Assembly: GCA_965242695.1 (NCBI GenBank)
Contig: CBDESU010000002.1
Span: forward strand, 128,001 to 192,000
Direction: 5' to 3'
From: Cenarchaeum sp.
Lineage (GTDB): Archaea > Thermoproteota > Nitrososphaeria > Nitrososphaerales > Nitrosopumilaceae
DNA length: 64,000 bases
In this document: positions 28,321 through 39,200 of the stretch, piece by piece
Numbering within the stretch: position 1 is the stretch's first letter
How the letters are laid out: each line of letters begins with the position of its first letter
The notes under the pieces: model-generated
What the model was told of the DNA's origin: nothing
What the model saw: only the letters and a program-made list of their open reading frames with translations
Database searches by the model: none
Program-made: the position numbers and the translations under genes

Positions 28321-30318
28321 ATGGCCGGGGCCCACGGCGGGGGCGATGCGGACTACTACGGCCGGATAGGCCTCGTCGTCGGCCTGGAGATACACCAGCA
28401 GCTGGCGACCGGCCGCAAGCTGTTCTGCGGATGCAGGCAGGGCGGAGGAGGGGCAGGGGATGCCGGCGGCGAGCAGTCCGGCGGCTTTTCAAGGTCGCTG
28501 CGCGCATCAAAGAGCGAGACGGGGCGGTACGATCCGGCCGCCGTATTCGAGAGCGGCAAGGCCGCGACGATCACGTACAGGAGGGGCGCGGCCGGCACAA
28601 GCTGCCTCGTCGAAGAGGACGACGAGCCGCCGCACGACCTGGACGGCGATGCGCTGCGGACGTCGCTGATCGTGGCGGCGGCCCTCGGCTCGCGGGTCTT
28701 CCGCGAGCTGTTCCCCATGCGCAAGATGGTCATTGACGGGTCCAACACGTCCGGCTTCCAGCGGACGATGCTCGTAGCCCAGGGCGGCAGCCTGGCGGTC
28801 GGGGGGAGGGAGGCGGGGAAGGGAGGCGGCGGCCCCGTCGGCGTCCAGTCCATATGCCTCGAAGAGGACGCTGCCAGGCTGCTCGGCGGCGGCTCGGGCG
28901 GCGCGCGGGAGTACTGCCTGGACCGGCTCGGCGTTCCGCTGGTCGAGATCGCGCTCGAGCCGACCAGGGCCAGCCCCGGCAGGACCAGGATGATCGCCGT
29001 CTCGGTCGGCAGGCTGCTGCGCGCCAGCGGAAGGGTCGCGCGCGGTATCGGCACGATAAGGCAGGACGTCAACGTCTCGGTCGGCGGCGGGCCGGTCGTC
29101 GAGGTCAAGGGCGTCCAGCAGCTCGACCAGCTCGAAAAGGTCGTCGCGTTCGAGGCAAGGCGGCAGGACGGGCTCAACCTGATCGCCGAGAGGCTGAGGG
29201 CGGCGGCAGGGGGCGAAGGCGGCGGGCGGTTCGCATCGGCCGACGTGACGGGCGCCATGGAGGGGTGCGCATCAAAGATAGTCAAGGGGGCGATCGCCGG
29301 CGGCGGCAGGATCATCGCAGTGCGCGCCGCGGGGTTTTCCGGGCTGCTCGGCTACGAGCCGCACGAGGGCATCAGGCTCGGCCGCGAGATCGCGCAGGCC
29401 GTCAAGCCCTACGGCATCGGCGGCGTGTTCCACACCGACGAGCTTCCAGCGTACGGAATCTCCGGCGGGGACGTAGAGGCCGCATCCCGCGCCGCTGGCG
29501 CCGGCCCCGGCGACGCCGTGCTCCTGCTGGCCGCGCCGCCCGCCGTAGCCGGCGCGGCCGCCGGCCAGGTGATCGCCCGCCTCGAGCAGGCCCTGCGTGG
29601 CGCGCCTGCCGAGACGCGGCAGGCCCAGCCCGACGGGACGACGACCTACCTCAGGCCGCGGCCGGGCCCCGCAAGAATGTACCCCGAGACGGACATACCG
29701 CCCGTCATGGTCGCCGGCGGCGACCTCGACGAGGCCGCCGCCGCGGCGCCGCCGCCGTGGGAGGACCTTGTCGCGGGCCTCGCCGAAAGGCTCGGGCTCA
29801 ACGCGCAGCTCGCCGAGCAGGCCCTCGACTCGGGCCGCGCCGCGCTGCTCGAGAGGGTGTGCGCCGACCGGCGCGTCCCGCCCAACTTTGCCGCATCCGC
29901 CATATGCTCGACCCTGGCATCCCTGCAGAAGAGGGACGGCCTGGACGCCGGCCGCCTCGCGGACGCGGAGATCGCCGAGACCTTTGCGATGCTCGCCGAC
30001 GGCCGCATAACAAAGGATGCCGTCGCGATGATATTCGAGAGGATAATGGCCGGCGAGTCGGGGACGGCCGCCGGCGCGGCCGGCGGCCAGGGCCCCGCCG
30101 ACGGCGACGAGATATCGCGCATCCTCGACGAGGTCGTCGCCGAGCGGGCAGACTATATCGACAGGGCCGGCGAGCGGGCCGCAAAGCCGCTCATGGGAGC
30201 CGCCATGGCCAGGCTGCGCGGCAGGGCCAAGGGCGGCGACGTGAGCCGCATGCTGGCCGACAAGATCAGGGCCCGGCTCGACGGCGGGGGCCAGCGGGGC
30301 GAGGGCAGGGCCGCATGA
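28321..30318 (+). CDS. gatE: Glutamyl-tRNA(Gln) amidotransferase subunit E
   Basis: VGLEIHQQL, IDGSNTSGFQRT, GTIRQDVNVS, RPRPGPARMYPETD. Confidence 0.95.
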   Translation: MAGAHGGGDADYYGRIGLVVGLEIHQQLATGRKLFCGCRQGGGGAGDAGGEQSGGFSRSLRASKSETGRYDPAAVFESGKAATITYRRGAAGTSCLVEEDDEPPHDLDGDALRTSLIVAAALGSRVFRELFPMRKMVIDGSNTSGFQRTMLVAQGGSLAVGGREAGKGGGGPVGVQSICLEEDAARLLGGGSGGAREYCLDRLGVPLVEIALEPTRASPGRTRMIAVSVGRLLRASGRVARGIGTIRQDVNVSVGGGPVVEVKGVQQLDQLEKVVAFEARRQDGLNLIAERLRAAAGGEGGGRFASADVTGAMEGCASKIVKGAIAGGGRIIAVRAAGFSGLLGYEPHEGIRLGREIAQAVKPYGIGGVFHTDELPAYGISGGDVEAASRAAGAGPGDAVLLLAAPPAVAGAAAGQVIARLEQALRGAPAETRQAQPDGTTTYLRPRPGPARMYPETDIPPVMVAGGDLDEAAAAAPPPWEDLVAGLAERLGLNAQLAEQALDSGRAALLERVCADRRVPPNFAASAICSTLASLQKRDGLDAGRLADAEIAETFAMLADGRITKDAVAMIFERIMAGESGTAAGAAGGQGPADGDEISRILDEVVAERADYIDRAGERAAKPLMGAAMARLRGRAKGGDVSRMLADKIRARLDGGGQRGEGRAA

Positions 30319-30450
30319 CGCGGCGCCTGCCCGCGCCGCGCCCCGTCCCGACCCGGGCCTTGGCTGGCAGGCGGCGGCGAACGCAGCCTCCGCGGACCTG
30401 CGGCGCGGCAACGGCCTCACGGCTGCGCGAAGCGCCGTTTTGCTGCGGGA

Positions 30451-30535
30451 TGCGGGAGATGGGATTCGAACCCACGAACTCCTGAGAGACAAGGACCTGA
30501 ACCTTGCGCCTTTGACCAGGCTGGGCGACTCCCGC
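30451..30535 (-). tRNA. tRNA-Leu (anticodon CAG)
   Basis: GCGGGAG acceptor stem, anticodon arm CAAGG-TTCAGGT-CCTTG, long variable arm, GGTTCGAATCC. Confidence 0.95.
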
Positions 30536-30604
30536 GCGGGGGCGCGCCCCGGTCCCCAATAAGTCTCTTTATGGTTAAAAGGGGCGCCTGCGGCGGGGCG
30601 CCGC

Positions 30605-30832
30605 TTGATCGTCTACCGCGAGCTGTACTGCCGCGACTGCGACAAGATCATCGGGAGGTACAACGCAAAGTACTACACCGAGGCGCGCGTCGGCGAGGTC
30701 GTCAACATGTGCCACACGGGCCACGTAAAGCTCGGGCACGACGTGGAGCAGAGGCGCGTCGTCGTCGAGGCCGGCGCGGCGAGGCCCGCGGGGGTTGGGC
30801 CCGCCCGGCAGCCTAGCCGCCGCTCTCCCTGA
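30605..30832 (+). CDS. Small Zn-finger-like protein
   Basis: [13 protein letters not shown]...CHTGH; TTAAAA upstream. Confidence 0.65.
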   Translation: MIVYRELYCRDCDKIIGRYNAKYYTEARVGEVVNMCHTGHVKLGHDVEQRRVVVEAGAARPAGVGPARQPSRRSP

Positions 30833-31886
30833 ACTTCTTGAGCAGCTTGCGCTGCTCGCGGCTGACCTTGCGCGGTATGTTCACGACAACCCTCACGTAC
30901 AGGTCGCCGCGCCCCGAGTTGTGGAGCGGGATGCCCCGCCCCCTGAGCCGTATGAGCGAGTTCGGCTGCGAGCCAGAGTCGACCTTTACCTCCCTAGGCC
31001 CGTCGAGCGTCGGCACCTCGAACCTGCCGCCGAGCACCGCGTCGACCATGCCCACGTCCAGGTCGTAGTGGAGGTCCCTGCCGTCCCGCTTGAGGACGGG
31101 GTGCGGCTCGACGGCGACCTCGACCACAAGGTCGCCGCTCTGCCCGCCGGGGACGAACTCGCCCTTGCCCTCCACCGTGTAGTTCCCCTCGACCGTCCCC
31201 GGTGGGAGCGCAAAGTCCAGGTCCTCCCTGCCCTGCACGGCCCTGCGCCCCCTGCACTCGGGGCACGGGCTCTTGACGACCTTGCCCTCCCCGCCGCACT
31301 CGGGGCACGTCGAGATGGCCATGGCGATCCCGAACGGGGTCCTCTGCTGCCGCCGCACCTGGCCGCGCCCGCCGCACGCCCCGCACCGCTCCGGCGACGT
31401 TCCCGGCGCGCACCCCGTCGCCCTGCACTTGGGGCAGGGGACGCCCTTGCGCATGGTGATCTTCACCCTCTTGCCGCGCAGCACCTCTTCGAGCGTCACC
31501 GTGGTGCGGAACAGGATGTCGCGGCCGCGGCGCTGCTGAGGGCCCTGGAAGCCGCCGCCGAAGATCGACTCGAACCCGCCGCCGCGCCCGAACAGGTCGC
31601 TGAATATGTCCGAAAAGCTCCCGCGCGCGCCCTGGAAGATGTCCTCTGTGCTGTACTGGCTGTCGACTCCCTCGTGGCCGTACGAGTCGTACACGGCGCG
31701 CTTCTTCGGGTCGGACAGGACGGCGTACGCCTCTGAGACCTCCTTGAAGTGCTCGGCGGCCTCGTCGGACTTGTTTCGATCCGGATGGAACTTTAGCGCG
31801 AGCTTGCGGTACTGCGACTTTACCTCCGCCGGGGTGGCGCCCTTGCCGACGCCAAGCACCTCGTAGTAGTCCCTCTTGGCGCTCAT
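30813..31886 (-). CDS. dnaJ: Chaperone DnaJ
   Basis: J-domain HPD, G/F region, four CxxCxGxG-type Zn motifs. Confidence 0.96.
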   Translation of the reverse strand: MSAKRDYYEVLGVGKGATPAEVKSQYRKLALKFHPDRNKSDEAAEHFKEVSEAYAVLSDPKKRAVYDSYGHEGVDSQYSTEDIFQGARGSFSDIFSDLFGRGGGFESIFGGGFQGPQQRRGRDILFRTTVTLEEVLRGKRVKITMRKGVPCPKCRATGCAPGTSPERCGACGGRGQVRRQQRTPFGIAMAISTCPECGGEGKVVKSPCPECRGRRAVQGREDLDFALPPGTVEGNYTVEGKGEFVPGGQSGDLVVEVAVEPHPVLKRDGRDLHYDLDVGMVDAVLGGRFEVPTLDGPREVKVDSGSQPNSLIRLRGRGIPLHNSGRGDLYVRVVVNIPRKVSREQRKLLKKFRESGG

Positions 31887-31918
31887 GTCCGCACTAGTTC
31901 ACCCTTTGGTACAAGCGG

Positions 31919-33811
31919 CTAGGGCGCCGGCCCCCTGCCCTGCTGATCGCCGCCGGGCTGCGCCTCCTCGGCCGTGCCGGGGCCGGGCTGCGCCTCCTCG
32001 GCCGTGCCGGGGCCGGGCTGCGCCTCCTCGGCCGTGCCGGGGCCGGGCTGCGCCTCCTCGGCCGCCTTGCGGTACGCCTCGGCCGAGACCTCGCTGACCA
32101 GGGCCTTGAGGGCATCGAGCTTTGGCTTGAGGGAGGCAGAGTCGCCAGAGAGCGCCTCGCGGACCTCGCGTATGGCGTCGGTCACCTTGATGCCCTGCTC
32201 CTGCGTGATCTTGCCCTTTAGCGTGTCGTTGACCATCTTTTCGGCGCTGTACACAAAGCCCTCCGCCTCGTTCTTGACCTCGACGGCCTCCCTCTTGGCC
32301 TTGTCCTCGTCGGCGAACTTTTCGGCGTCCTCCTTGAGGCGGCTGATCTCGTCGTCGGACAGCTTTGTGCTCGACTCGATCGTAATCTTGGCCTCCTTTT
32401 GCGTCCCCAGGTCCTTTGCCGTCACGTTGATGATCCCGTTGGCGTCGATGTCGAACTTTACCTCGATCTGGGGCGTGCCGCGCGGCGCCGGCGGCAGGTC
32501 GGTGAGGTTGAAGCTGCCGAGCGAGACGTTGTCGGCCGCCATGGGCCTCTCGCCCTGCACCACGTGGATCGTCACGGCCGTCTGGTTGTCGGCCGCAGTC
32601 GTAAACGTCTTGCTCTTCGACGTCGGGATGGTCGTGTTGCGCTCTATGAGCGGCTCGCGTATGTTGCCGAGCGTCTCGATCCCGAGCGTGAGCGGCGTCA
32701 CGTCGAGCAGGACGATGTCGCTTGCCACGTCGCCGGCGATGATGCCCGCCTGTATCGCGGCCCCCATCGAGACGGCCTCCATGGGGTCGACGCCCGACTC
32801 GGCGTCGCGGCCGACGACGCCGCTCACGAACCGCCGGACGGACGGCATCCTCGTCGGGCCGCCGACCATGACGATCTTTGCAACGTCCGACGACTGGAGG
32901 GACGCGTCGGCAAGCGCCTTTTCGATCGACGCGCGGCACCTGTCGATTATGGGGCCGACCAGGTCCTCGAGCCTTGCCCGCGTCAGGCGCAGCTCCAGGT
33001 TCTTGGCGCCCGACGGGCCGCTTGCGATGAACGGCAGGTTTACGTCCGTCTCCATTACCGTCGACAGCTCGATCTTTGCCTTTTCAGCCGCCTCGCGCAC
33101 GCGCATCATCGCGGTGTGGTCTAGCGACAGGTCGATGCCCTCCTTCTTCCTAAACTCGTCGACCACGTGGTCGATGAGCGCCTTGTCCATGTCGGCGCCG
33201 CCGAGCTGCGTGTCGCCCGACGTGCTGAGGACCTCGAACACGCCGCCGCCCATCTCCATGATGGTCACGTCGAGCGTGCCGCCCCCAAAGTCGAACACGA
33301 GTATCTTCATGTCCTCGCTGGCCTTGTCGAGTCCGAATGCTAGCGACGCGGCGGTCGGCTCGTTGATTATGCGCACCACGTCGAGGCCGGCTATCGTCCC
33401 GGCGTCCTTTGTCGCCTGGCGCTGGTTGTCGTCAAAGTAGGCAGGTACGGTAATGACGGCCTTTTCGATCGGCTCGCCGACGAACGCCTCGGCGTCCTTC
33501 TTGATCTTTTGGAGTATGAACGAGGATATCTGCTGCGGCTTGTACTCCTTGCCCTGTATGCTGAACGCATAGTCCTGGCCCATCTTGCGCTTGGCCTCGC
33601 GGACCGTGTTGTCGGGGTTTGTGACGGCCTGGCGCCTGGCCGGCTCGCCGACGAGCAGCTCGCCGTCCTTTGAGAATGCGACGACCGACGGGAACGCCTT
33701 GCCGCCGACGGTTGCGCCCTCGGCCGCCGGTATGATGGTCGGCTTGCCGCCCATCATCACCGCCGCCGCCGAGTTGCTCGTCCCCAAGTCTATACCTACT
33801 ACTTTGGCCAT
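31919..33811 (-). CDS. dnaK: Chaperone DnaK (Hsp70) with 30-bp repeat tail
   Basis: [31 protein letters not shown]; [10 protein letters not shown] tail repeats. Confidence 0.97.
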   Translation of the reverse strand: MAKVVGIDLGTSNSAAAVMMGGKPTIIPAAEGATVGGKAFPSVVAFSKDGELLVGEPARRQAVTNPDNTVREAKRKMGQDYAFSIQGKEYKPQQISSFILQKIKKDAEAFVGEPIEKAVITVPAYFDDNQRQATKDAGTIAGLDVVRIINEPTAASLAFGLDKASEDMKILVFDFGGGTLDVTIMEMGGGVFEVLSTSGDTQLGGADMDKALIDHVVDEFRKKEGIDLSLDHTAMMRVREAAEKAKIELSTVMETDVNLPFIASGPSGAKNLELRLTRARLEDLVGPIIDRCRASIEKALADASLQSSDVAKIVMVGGPTRMPSVRRFVSGVVGRDAESGVDPMEAVSMGAAIQAGIIAGDVASDIVLLDVTPLTLGIETLGNIREPLIERNTTIPTSKSKTFTTAADNQTAVTIHVVQGERPMAADNVSLGSFNLTDLPPAPRGTPQIEVKFDIDANGIINVTAKDLGTQKEAKITIESSTKLSDDEISRLKEDAEKFADEDKAKREAVEVKNEAEGFVYSAEKMVNDTLKGKITQEQGIKVTDAIREVREALSGDSASLKPKLDALKALVSEVSAEAYRKAAEEAQPGPGTAEEAQPGPGTAEEAQPGPGTAEEAQPGGDQQGRGPAP

Positions 33812-34573
33812 CTACACACCTGCCTCCTTCGTCGCGGGCCTTTTCGAAATGACGACCCGCGAGGGCCTAATAATCCTTTCATCGAGCGAGTACCCGCGGG
33901 CGGCCTCGGCGGTGATCGTCCCCTCGTCCAGCGCCCCGTCCTCCACCGTCGCGACGGCCTCGTGCCTGTGGGGGTCGAATATCTCGCCGATCGCCTCGAT
34001 CGGCTCGACGCCGTGCTTTGAGAGCGCCGAGTCCATGCCCCTCAGTACGGTATCGAGGCCGGCCGAGACCGCCTCGGTGCCCGCGGTGCCGGCGCCGGCT
34101 GCCTTTGCGGCCCGCTCAAAGTCGTCGCGCACGGAGACCATGTCGGCGGCGAACCTGGCGACGCGCTCGCGCACGGCGGCGTCGACGTCCCCCCGGGCGC
34201 GGCGCTCAAGGTTGCGGTAGTCGGCCAGGGCGCGGCGCAGCTGCGCTTCCAGCCCGGCCGCCCGGTCCTCGGCATCATGCAGCCTAGAGCGCAGATCGCC
34301 GCCGTCCTGGGGCGGCGCCTCTCCATTCGCCTCTTCCTCCTCCCCTTCGCCGGCGCCGCCAGGGGGAGCCGAACCTGGGGCGGCCGCATCGCCGGCGCCG
34401 CCAGGGGGAGCCGAACCTGGGGCGGCCGCATCGCCGGCGCCAGCCCCGGAGGGGGCTGCCGGGGCGGCCGCATCGGCGCGGCGATCCGAGCCTCCCGGCG
34501 CGGCGGCGGGCCCGCCCCCCGCCTCCCCGCCCCCAATGTCGACGGGAACCGAGTCGTCGCTGTCGCCGGCCAA
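33812..34573 (-). CDS. grpE: Nucleotide exchange factor GrpE
   Basis: RALADYRNLERR, FDPHRHEAV, GYSLDERIIRPSRVVI; start TTG 34573 inferred. Confidence 0.9.
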   Translation of the reverse strand: MAGDSDDSVPVDIGGGEAGGGPAAAPGGSDRRADAAAPAAPSGAGAGDAAAPGSAPPGGAGDAAAPGSAPPGGAGEGEEEEANGEAPPQDGGDLRSRLHDAEDRAAGLEAQLRRALADYRNLERRARGDVDAAVRERVARFAADMVSVRDDFERAAKAAGAGTAGTEAVSAGLDTVLRGMDSALSKHGVEPIEAIGEIFDPHRHEAVATVEDGALDEGTITAEAARGYSLDERIIRPSRVVISKRPATKEAGV

Positions 34574-34607
34574 CCCGGCGCGGCGCGGCGGCGTCCGATT
34601 ATAATTG

Positions 34608-36023
34608 CTAGCGCTCTGCGGCTTCCTTGGGCCTCTGGCGCGACTTGGGCTTGGCGGGAGGCCTGCGGCCTGCGGCAGGTGCGGCGGCCGCGCCGATCCG
34701 CCTCTCGCCCTCCTGCCCGGCATGCGGCGCCGACAGCATGTCGATTGCCTCGCATGCGGCGTTGGCCTTTACTATTATCATGTCGCGATCCTCGCCGTGC
34801 TCCAGCGCCTCGTCGAGGTCCGCCTCGGTGCACGCCACGAGTATGATCGTCTTGTCGCTCCTGTACACGCTGCCGACGCCGCCGCCGGCGTGCGCGGCGG
34901 GCGGCAGCGCCGCGTCCGCGTCGAACCAGTTGTGCATCTCGACGTCGGTGATGTGATCGTGCAGCATCTCGACGAGCATCCCGGCGGCCTTTGCCTTGTC
35001 GGTTCGCATCGTGCGCGGATCATACCGCCACGAGACGACGACCCGCGTCTTGCTCGGCCTGAGATCGCCGGCCTTGAGGATGTGGCGGACCGTGTCGACG
35101 ACGTGCTTCTTGTAGTTGACGACCGCCTTGGCCGACGAGTTGATCTGCGAGAGCACGGCGCTGCTGTTCTCCAGCGTGCCGTGGACCATCATAAGGTCGT
35201 ACATGCCCGAGACCATGTCGTCGACGAACACCGAGTCGTACTCGGCGGAAAGCGGCGCGCCGCCGCCCCTGCCCGAGCCCGACGCCCTGCCGCGCGCCAG
35301 CCTGTACACCTCCAGCATCGAGTGCACCGACAAAAAGTGCGACAGGACGCGGATGGCGTGCACCGACTCGGCCGACTTTAGGGGGACGAACTCGCGCTCC
35401 CGGCCGTCGGCGGCGGACAGCAGGGATGCGAGCACCTCGTCGGCGGCGCCTGGCGGCGCCACGGTGCCGGCCGGGACGGCGGCCGAGCCGACCACGCCCG
35501 GCGGCCCCCCGGGGCCCCCAAGCGGGTAGTAGTAGTAGGACACCCCCGCGCCCGCATCGTACCCCGTCGTGTGCTCGACCAGCGTCACATGGTCGGCGCT
35601 GTCGCCGAGCCCCACGGGCAGGCAGTAGACTACGGCAGAGTTCTTGGGCAGCTTTGCGGCGGCATCCTTCAGCTTTAGGCCCAGCTCGGCGCCGTGGTCG
35701 TCGCGGCCGGCCCGCAGGCGGGGCGCAAAGAACAGGTACTGCGCCCTCGCGACCGCCGTGCCTATGGGCACGAGCGAGAGCAGCGGCTCGTCGGTCCTCA
35801 GCGAGTGCACGTCGGGGTACGTCCTGGCCACCTCGGGCTTTAGCTCGATCGCCGACGGAGTCGACTCGTCGACTATCCACACATCGGCCCCGGCCACGGC
35901 CATGGGCTTGGCCAGGCCGTACCCCTCGGTGCTGAGGCCGTACACCACCACGCGGGCCCCCACTGCGGGGGATGCCGGTTCCCGCCCCGATCGGGCCGGA
36001 GATGCGCCGGATCCCGCTGCCAT
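34608..36023 (-). CDS. Hypothetical protein with degenerate nucleotide-sugar dehydrogenase-like Rossmann fold
   Basis: N-term RVVVYGLSTEGY; overall layout resembles UDP-sugar dehydrogenases but lacks canonical GxGxxG. Confidence 0.55.
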   Translation of the reverse strand: MAAGSGASPARSGREPASPAVGARVVVYGLSTEGYGLAKPMAVAGADVWIVDESTPSAIELKPEVARTYPDVHSLRTDEPLLSLVPIGTAVARAQYLFFAPRLRAGRDDHGAELGLKLKDAAAKLPKNSAVVYCLPVGLGDSADHVTLVEHTTGYDAGAGVSYYYYPLGGPGGPPGVVGSAAVPAGTVAPPGAADEVLASLLSAADGREREFVPLKSAESVHAIRVLSHFLSVHSMLEVYRLARGRASGSGRGGGAPLSAEYDSVFVDDMVSGMYDLMMVHGTLENSSAVLSQINSSAKAVVNYKKHVVDTVRHILKAGDLRPSKTRVVVSWRYDPRTMRTDKAKAAGMLVEMLHDHITDVEMHNWFDADAALPPAAHAGGGVGSVYRSDKTIILVACTEADLDEALEHGEDRDMIIVKANAACEAIDMLSAPHAGQEGERRIGAAAAPAAGRRPPAKPKSRQRPKEAAER

Positions 36024-36134
36024 GGCGCCGTTGGGCGCGGGGCGGTAATAAGGGCGGCGCCGCGGCCGGGCGCCGGGGCCCGCGCCGCGGCCGGGCGCAA
36101 AGCCAAAATTAGGGGGCGTCCCGCCCCCGTCCGA

Positions 36135-36207
36135 AGCCCGATAGTGTAGCGGTCAAGCACGGGGGCCTTTGAAGCCCTTGGCCCCAGTTCGAATCTGGGT
36201 CGGGCTA
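36135..36207 (+). tRNA. tRNA-Gln (anticodon TTG)
   Basis: AGCCCGA/TCGGGCT acceptor stem, GGGGC-CTTTGAA-GCCCT anticodon arm, AGTTCGAATCT. Confidence 0.95.
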
Positions 36208-36251
36208 TCCAACCGCCGCCTCCGCCGCCGCCGCCGCAGCCCGCGCGGCGC

Positions 36252-37016
36252 CTAAAAGTCGAGGCGCGTGAGCATCTTTATCGCGACCGCGAACAGGCCG
36301 GCGGCAAGGCACACCAGCACGGCCATCTCGACGAGCACGAACCCGGCCGGGCCGGCCCCGAACATGCCGGCCCGGACCACGTCGACGAGGTACGTGAGCG
36401 GGTTGAGGTAGAACGCGGTGGCGAGCGGCTCGGGCGCCCCCTCGGCGGGGTAGAAGGCCGTGCTGACGAACGCAAAGAAGAGGAACACGGTGTTGATTAT
36501 GACGTTGAAGCCCTCGCTGGAGCGCAGCCGGGTCGATATTATCGACGCCGTCGAGCCGAACAGTATCGACCCCGACACGGCGGCAAAGACGATCAGCGGC
36601 ACGGTGTACAGCCCGAACTCGGCCTGGCCGTGGTACACGGCGACGCCGAGCACCGCTATGAGGGCCGCGCTGGCGAGCCCCACTATCCCCTGCGTGATGA
36701 CGTTGCCGAGGATGTAGTGGGCCCGCGTGAACGGGCCGGACATGATCTGCTCGAACATGCCGTGCCGGCGGTCGTTCCATATTATGATGCCCGTCACGAG
36801 CGTGCTGTTCATGATGTTGAACGCGATCATGCCGGTCGCAAGGTACGCCGGATAGTCTAGCTGGCGCCCCCCGAACGGGACCACGTCTATGAGCGACGTG
36901 TACGCAAACCCGGCGACGAAGACGTAGATGAGCGGGAATATGACCTGCCATATGAGGAACCCCGGGTTGAGCGATATCGTCAGGTTGCGGCTGACGAGCC
37001 TAGCTACGGGGTGCAT
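36252..37016 (-). CDS. ABC-2 type transporter permease
   Basis: Six TM helices, FVSTAFYP, LNPLTYLVDVVR. Confidence 0.9.
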   Translation of the reverse strand: MHPVARLVSRNLTISLNPGFLIWQVIFPLIYVFVAGFAYTSLIDVVPFGGRQLDYPAYLATGMIAFNIMNSTLVTGIIIWNDRRHGMFEQIMSGPFTRAHYILGNVITQGIVGLASAALIAVLGVAVYHGQAEFGLYTVPLIVFAAVSGSILFGSTASIISTRLRSSEGFNVIINTVFLFFAFVSTAFYPAEGAPEPLATAFYLNPLTYLVDVVRAGMFGAGPAGFVLVEMAVLVCLAAGLFAVAIKMLTRLDF

Positions 37017-37935
37017 CGGACTCCCCCACCACCCTCAGGAACGCCTCCTCGAGGTTCGTCGGCACGGCCGAGAGGCTCTCGATGCGCGTGCCGGCGGCGG
37101 CGAGCACCTCGAGGGCGCGCGCCAGCTGGGCGCCGCCCGACTCGGGCGACCGGACCGTGACCGTCCCGTCGCCGACGGTGCACCCCCCGATGGCGCGCAG
37201 CCGCGCCGCAGCCGCGCCGCCGACCGATGAGACGCCGATCCTCACGGTCCGCTCGACGCCGAACCGCGCCTTCAGGTCGTCGGGCGAGCCGACGGCCACG
37301 ATGCGCCCCCTGTTGATTATGGCGATCTCGTCGCACAGGTACTCTGCCTCGGTCAGCACGTGCGTCGTGTAGAATATCGTCAGGCCGGCGCGGGCCCTTG
37401 CGCGCAGGCGGTCGAGCAGGATGCGGCGCGCGGCCGGATCGAGGCCCACTGTCGGCTCGTCAAGGAAGAGCAGGTCCATGTCGTGCATGAACTCGCGGGC
37501 GACCTGCACGCGGCGCCTCTGCCCTATCGACAGGTCGTCGTTGCGCTTGCCGCGTATGTCGGCAAGGTCGAAGTCGTCGAGCAGCGCGGCGGCGCGCTCG
37601 GACCGCTCGGCGCGCGGGACGTCCCACATCATTCCGTACTTTTCGAGGGACTGCTGGACGGTCAGCGTCGGCTCGTAGCTGTGCTGCTGGAGGACGACGC
37701 CGATCCTGCGGCGCACCTCGAGCGGCGAGGCGACCGCATCGATGCCCAGGACGGCCAGGCTTCCCGCGTCGGGGCGGACGAGCGTCGTGAGCATCTTGAT
37801 CGTCGTCGACTTGCCGGCGCCGTTCGGGCCCAGAAACCCAAAGACGGCCCCTGCGCCCACCGACAGGTCGATTCCGTCGACGGCCGGTGCGCCCTTGTAC
37901 GACTTTGACAGCGACTTTGCCTCGATGGACAGCAC
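37000..37935 (-). CDS. ABC transporter ATP-binding protein (DrrA-like)
   Basis: GPNGAGKS, LSIGQ, LFLDEPT, TTH. Confidence 0.93.
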   Translation of the reverse strand: MLSIEAKSLSKSYKGAPAVDGIDLSVGAGAVFGFLGPNGAGKSTTIKMLTTLVRPDAGSLAVLGIDAVASPLEVRRRIGVVLQQHSYEPTLTVQQSLEKYGMMWDVPRAERSERAAALLDDFDLADIRGKRNDDLSIGQRRRVQVAREFMHDMDLLFLDEPTVGLDPAARRILLDRLRARARAGLTIFYTTHVLTEAEYLCDEIAIINRGRIVAVGSPDDLKARFGVERTVRIGVSSVGGAAAARLRAIGGCTVGDGTVTVRSPESGGAQLARALEVLAAAGTRIESLSAVPTNLEEAFLRVVGESDAPRS

Positions 37936-38333
37936 GGCGGCGCGGGGGCGCGGGCGGGTAATTTAGCTAGCGGATATGGGCGGCGCACGGGGGAGGCGGG
38001 GCGCTTCATGCGGCGGCGCGTGGGGCAGAGGCTGGGGCGGGGGGCTGGGCAAGAGGGGGGGCTAGAATGGCTGGGACCGAGCGGAAGCGGGCGGGGCAGC
38101 GGGGGCGGGCAGCGCGACGGAGGGGCGGCGGGGGCGGCGCCTAGCGGCGCACGTACAGCATTGGCTGCTCGTCGGGGCCGTCGTCAAACTCGCGTATGAT
38201 GCGGGGGTAAAAGGCGGCAGGCCTAGGCGCTGCCCCCTCGCCGTCCCGCACGGCACGGTGCATGCTCATGCCGCAAGCGGGCGGCGTGAAAGTATTATAT
38301 ACCATCTAGATACTATCCATAGCGTAGATACCG

Positions 38334-39158
38334 ATGAAGATGCTCGAGGGGATGAGGGTCCACATTGCGCCGGTCGGGTTCGAGGTCGACAGGATCGTAC
38401 TGCCCGCCAAGATGCGCAAGGCCGACAGGGTGTGGCTGCTAGTGCACAACAACGCGTCGGCCGACAAGGCGAACCAGTTCATAGCAGAGATCAAGAAAAA
38501 GCTCGCCAAGATGGGGATCGAGTCCCTAGACAGGTCAGTCGACAGAACCGACCTGTTCGACATCATGCGCGAGGTCCGCGGGATCATCAAGGCCGAGAGG
38601 GACGCCGGCAACGTCGTGTTCGTCAACGTCGCATCCGGCTCGAAGATACAGGCGATCGGCTGCATGATGGCATGCATGACGATGCGCGACATAGGCGGCG
38701 TCGTGCCGTTCTACCCAGAGGCCAAGGAGTACGTGGGGTACGAGGACGGGCAGCAGCGGGCGGGCGGCGGCGGCGGCGCCACCAGGCAGCAGTCGGTCGG
38801 CGTCAAGAACATAGTGCAGCTGCCGATGTACGGGGTGCAGGTGCCCGACGGCCGGCTGGTCAAGGCGCTGAGCCTGATCAAGGACAACGGGGGGACCATG
38901 ACAAAGAAGGAGCTTGCCGTGGTGGCCGAGGAAAGGGGCATCATCAGCGTCAACGCGCGCAGGGAAGAGCACCGCTCCATGGTCAGGTATACCACCCTAG
39001 ACAAGGCCATCATACAGCCGCTCAAGGACAAGTGGAAGCTCATTGACGTCGAAAAGATCGGCAGAAACCACCATGTCAGGATAAACGAGGACGGGCTGCA
39101 CGTAGTCCAGTTCCTCTTGCCCCCCGCAGAGCCCGATGCGGCCGGCGCGGAGGGGTAG
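38334..39158 (+). CDS. HFX_2341/DUF6293-family regulator (CARF-like Rossmann plus wHTH)
   Basis: [31 protein letters not shown]-term [24 protein letters not shown]. Confidence 0.8.
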   Translation: MKMLEGMRVHIAPVGFEVDRIVLPAKMRKADRVWLLVHNNASADKANQFIAEIKKKLAKMGIESLDRSVDRTDLFDIMREVRGIIKAERDAGNVVFVNVASGSKIQAIGCMMACMTMRDIGGVVPFYPEAKEYVGYEDGQQRAGGGGGATRQQSVGVKNIVQLPMYGVQVPDGRLVKALSLIKDNGGTMTKKELAVVAEERGIISVNARREEHRSMVRYTTLDKAIIQPLKDKWKLIDVEKIGRNHHVRINEDGLHVVQFLLPPAEPDAAGAEG

Positions 39159-39200
39159 CGGCGGGGCGGCGGGGGAGAGGGGCGCCCGGTCGGCAGGCGT

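Noticed and set aside
30444-30457. 7-bp duplication (TGCGGGA x2) of the tRNA-Leu 3' end as an att scar
   Set aside because: Too short, no integrase nearby, and plausible by chance or slippage
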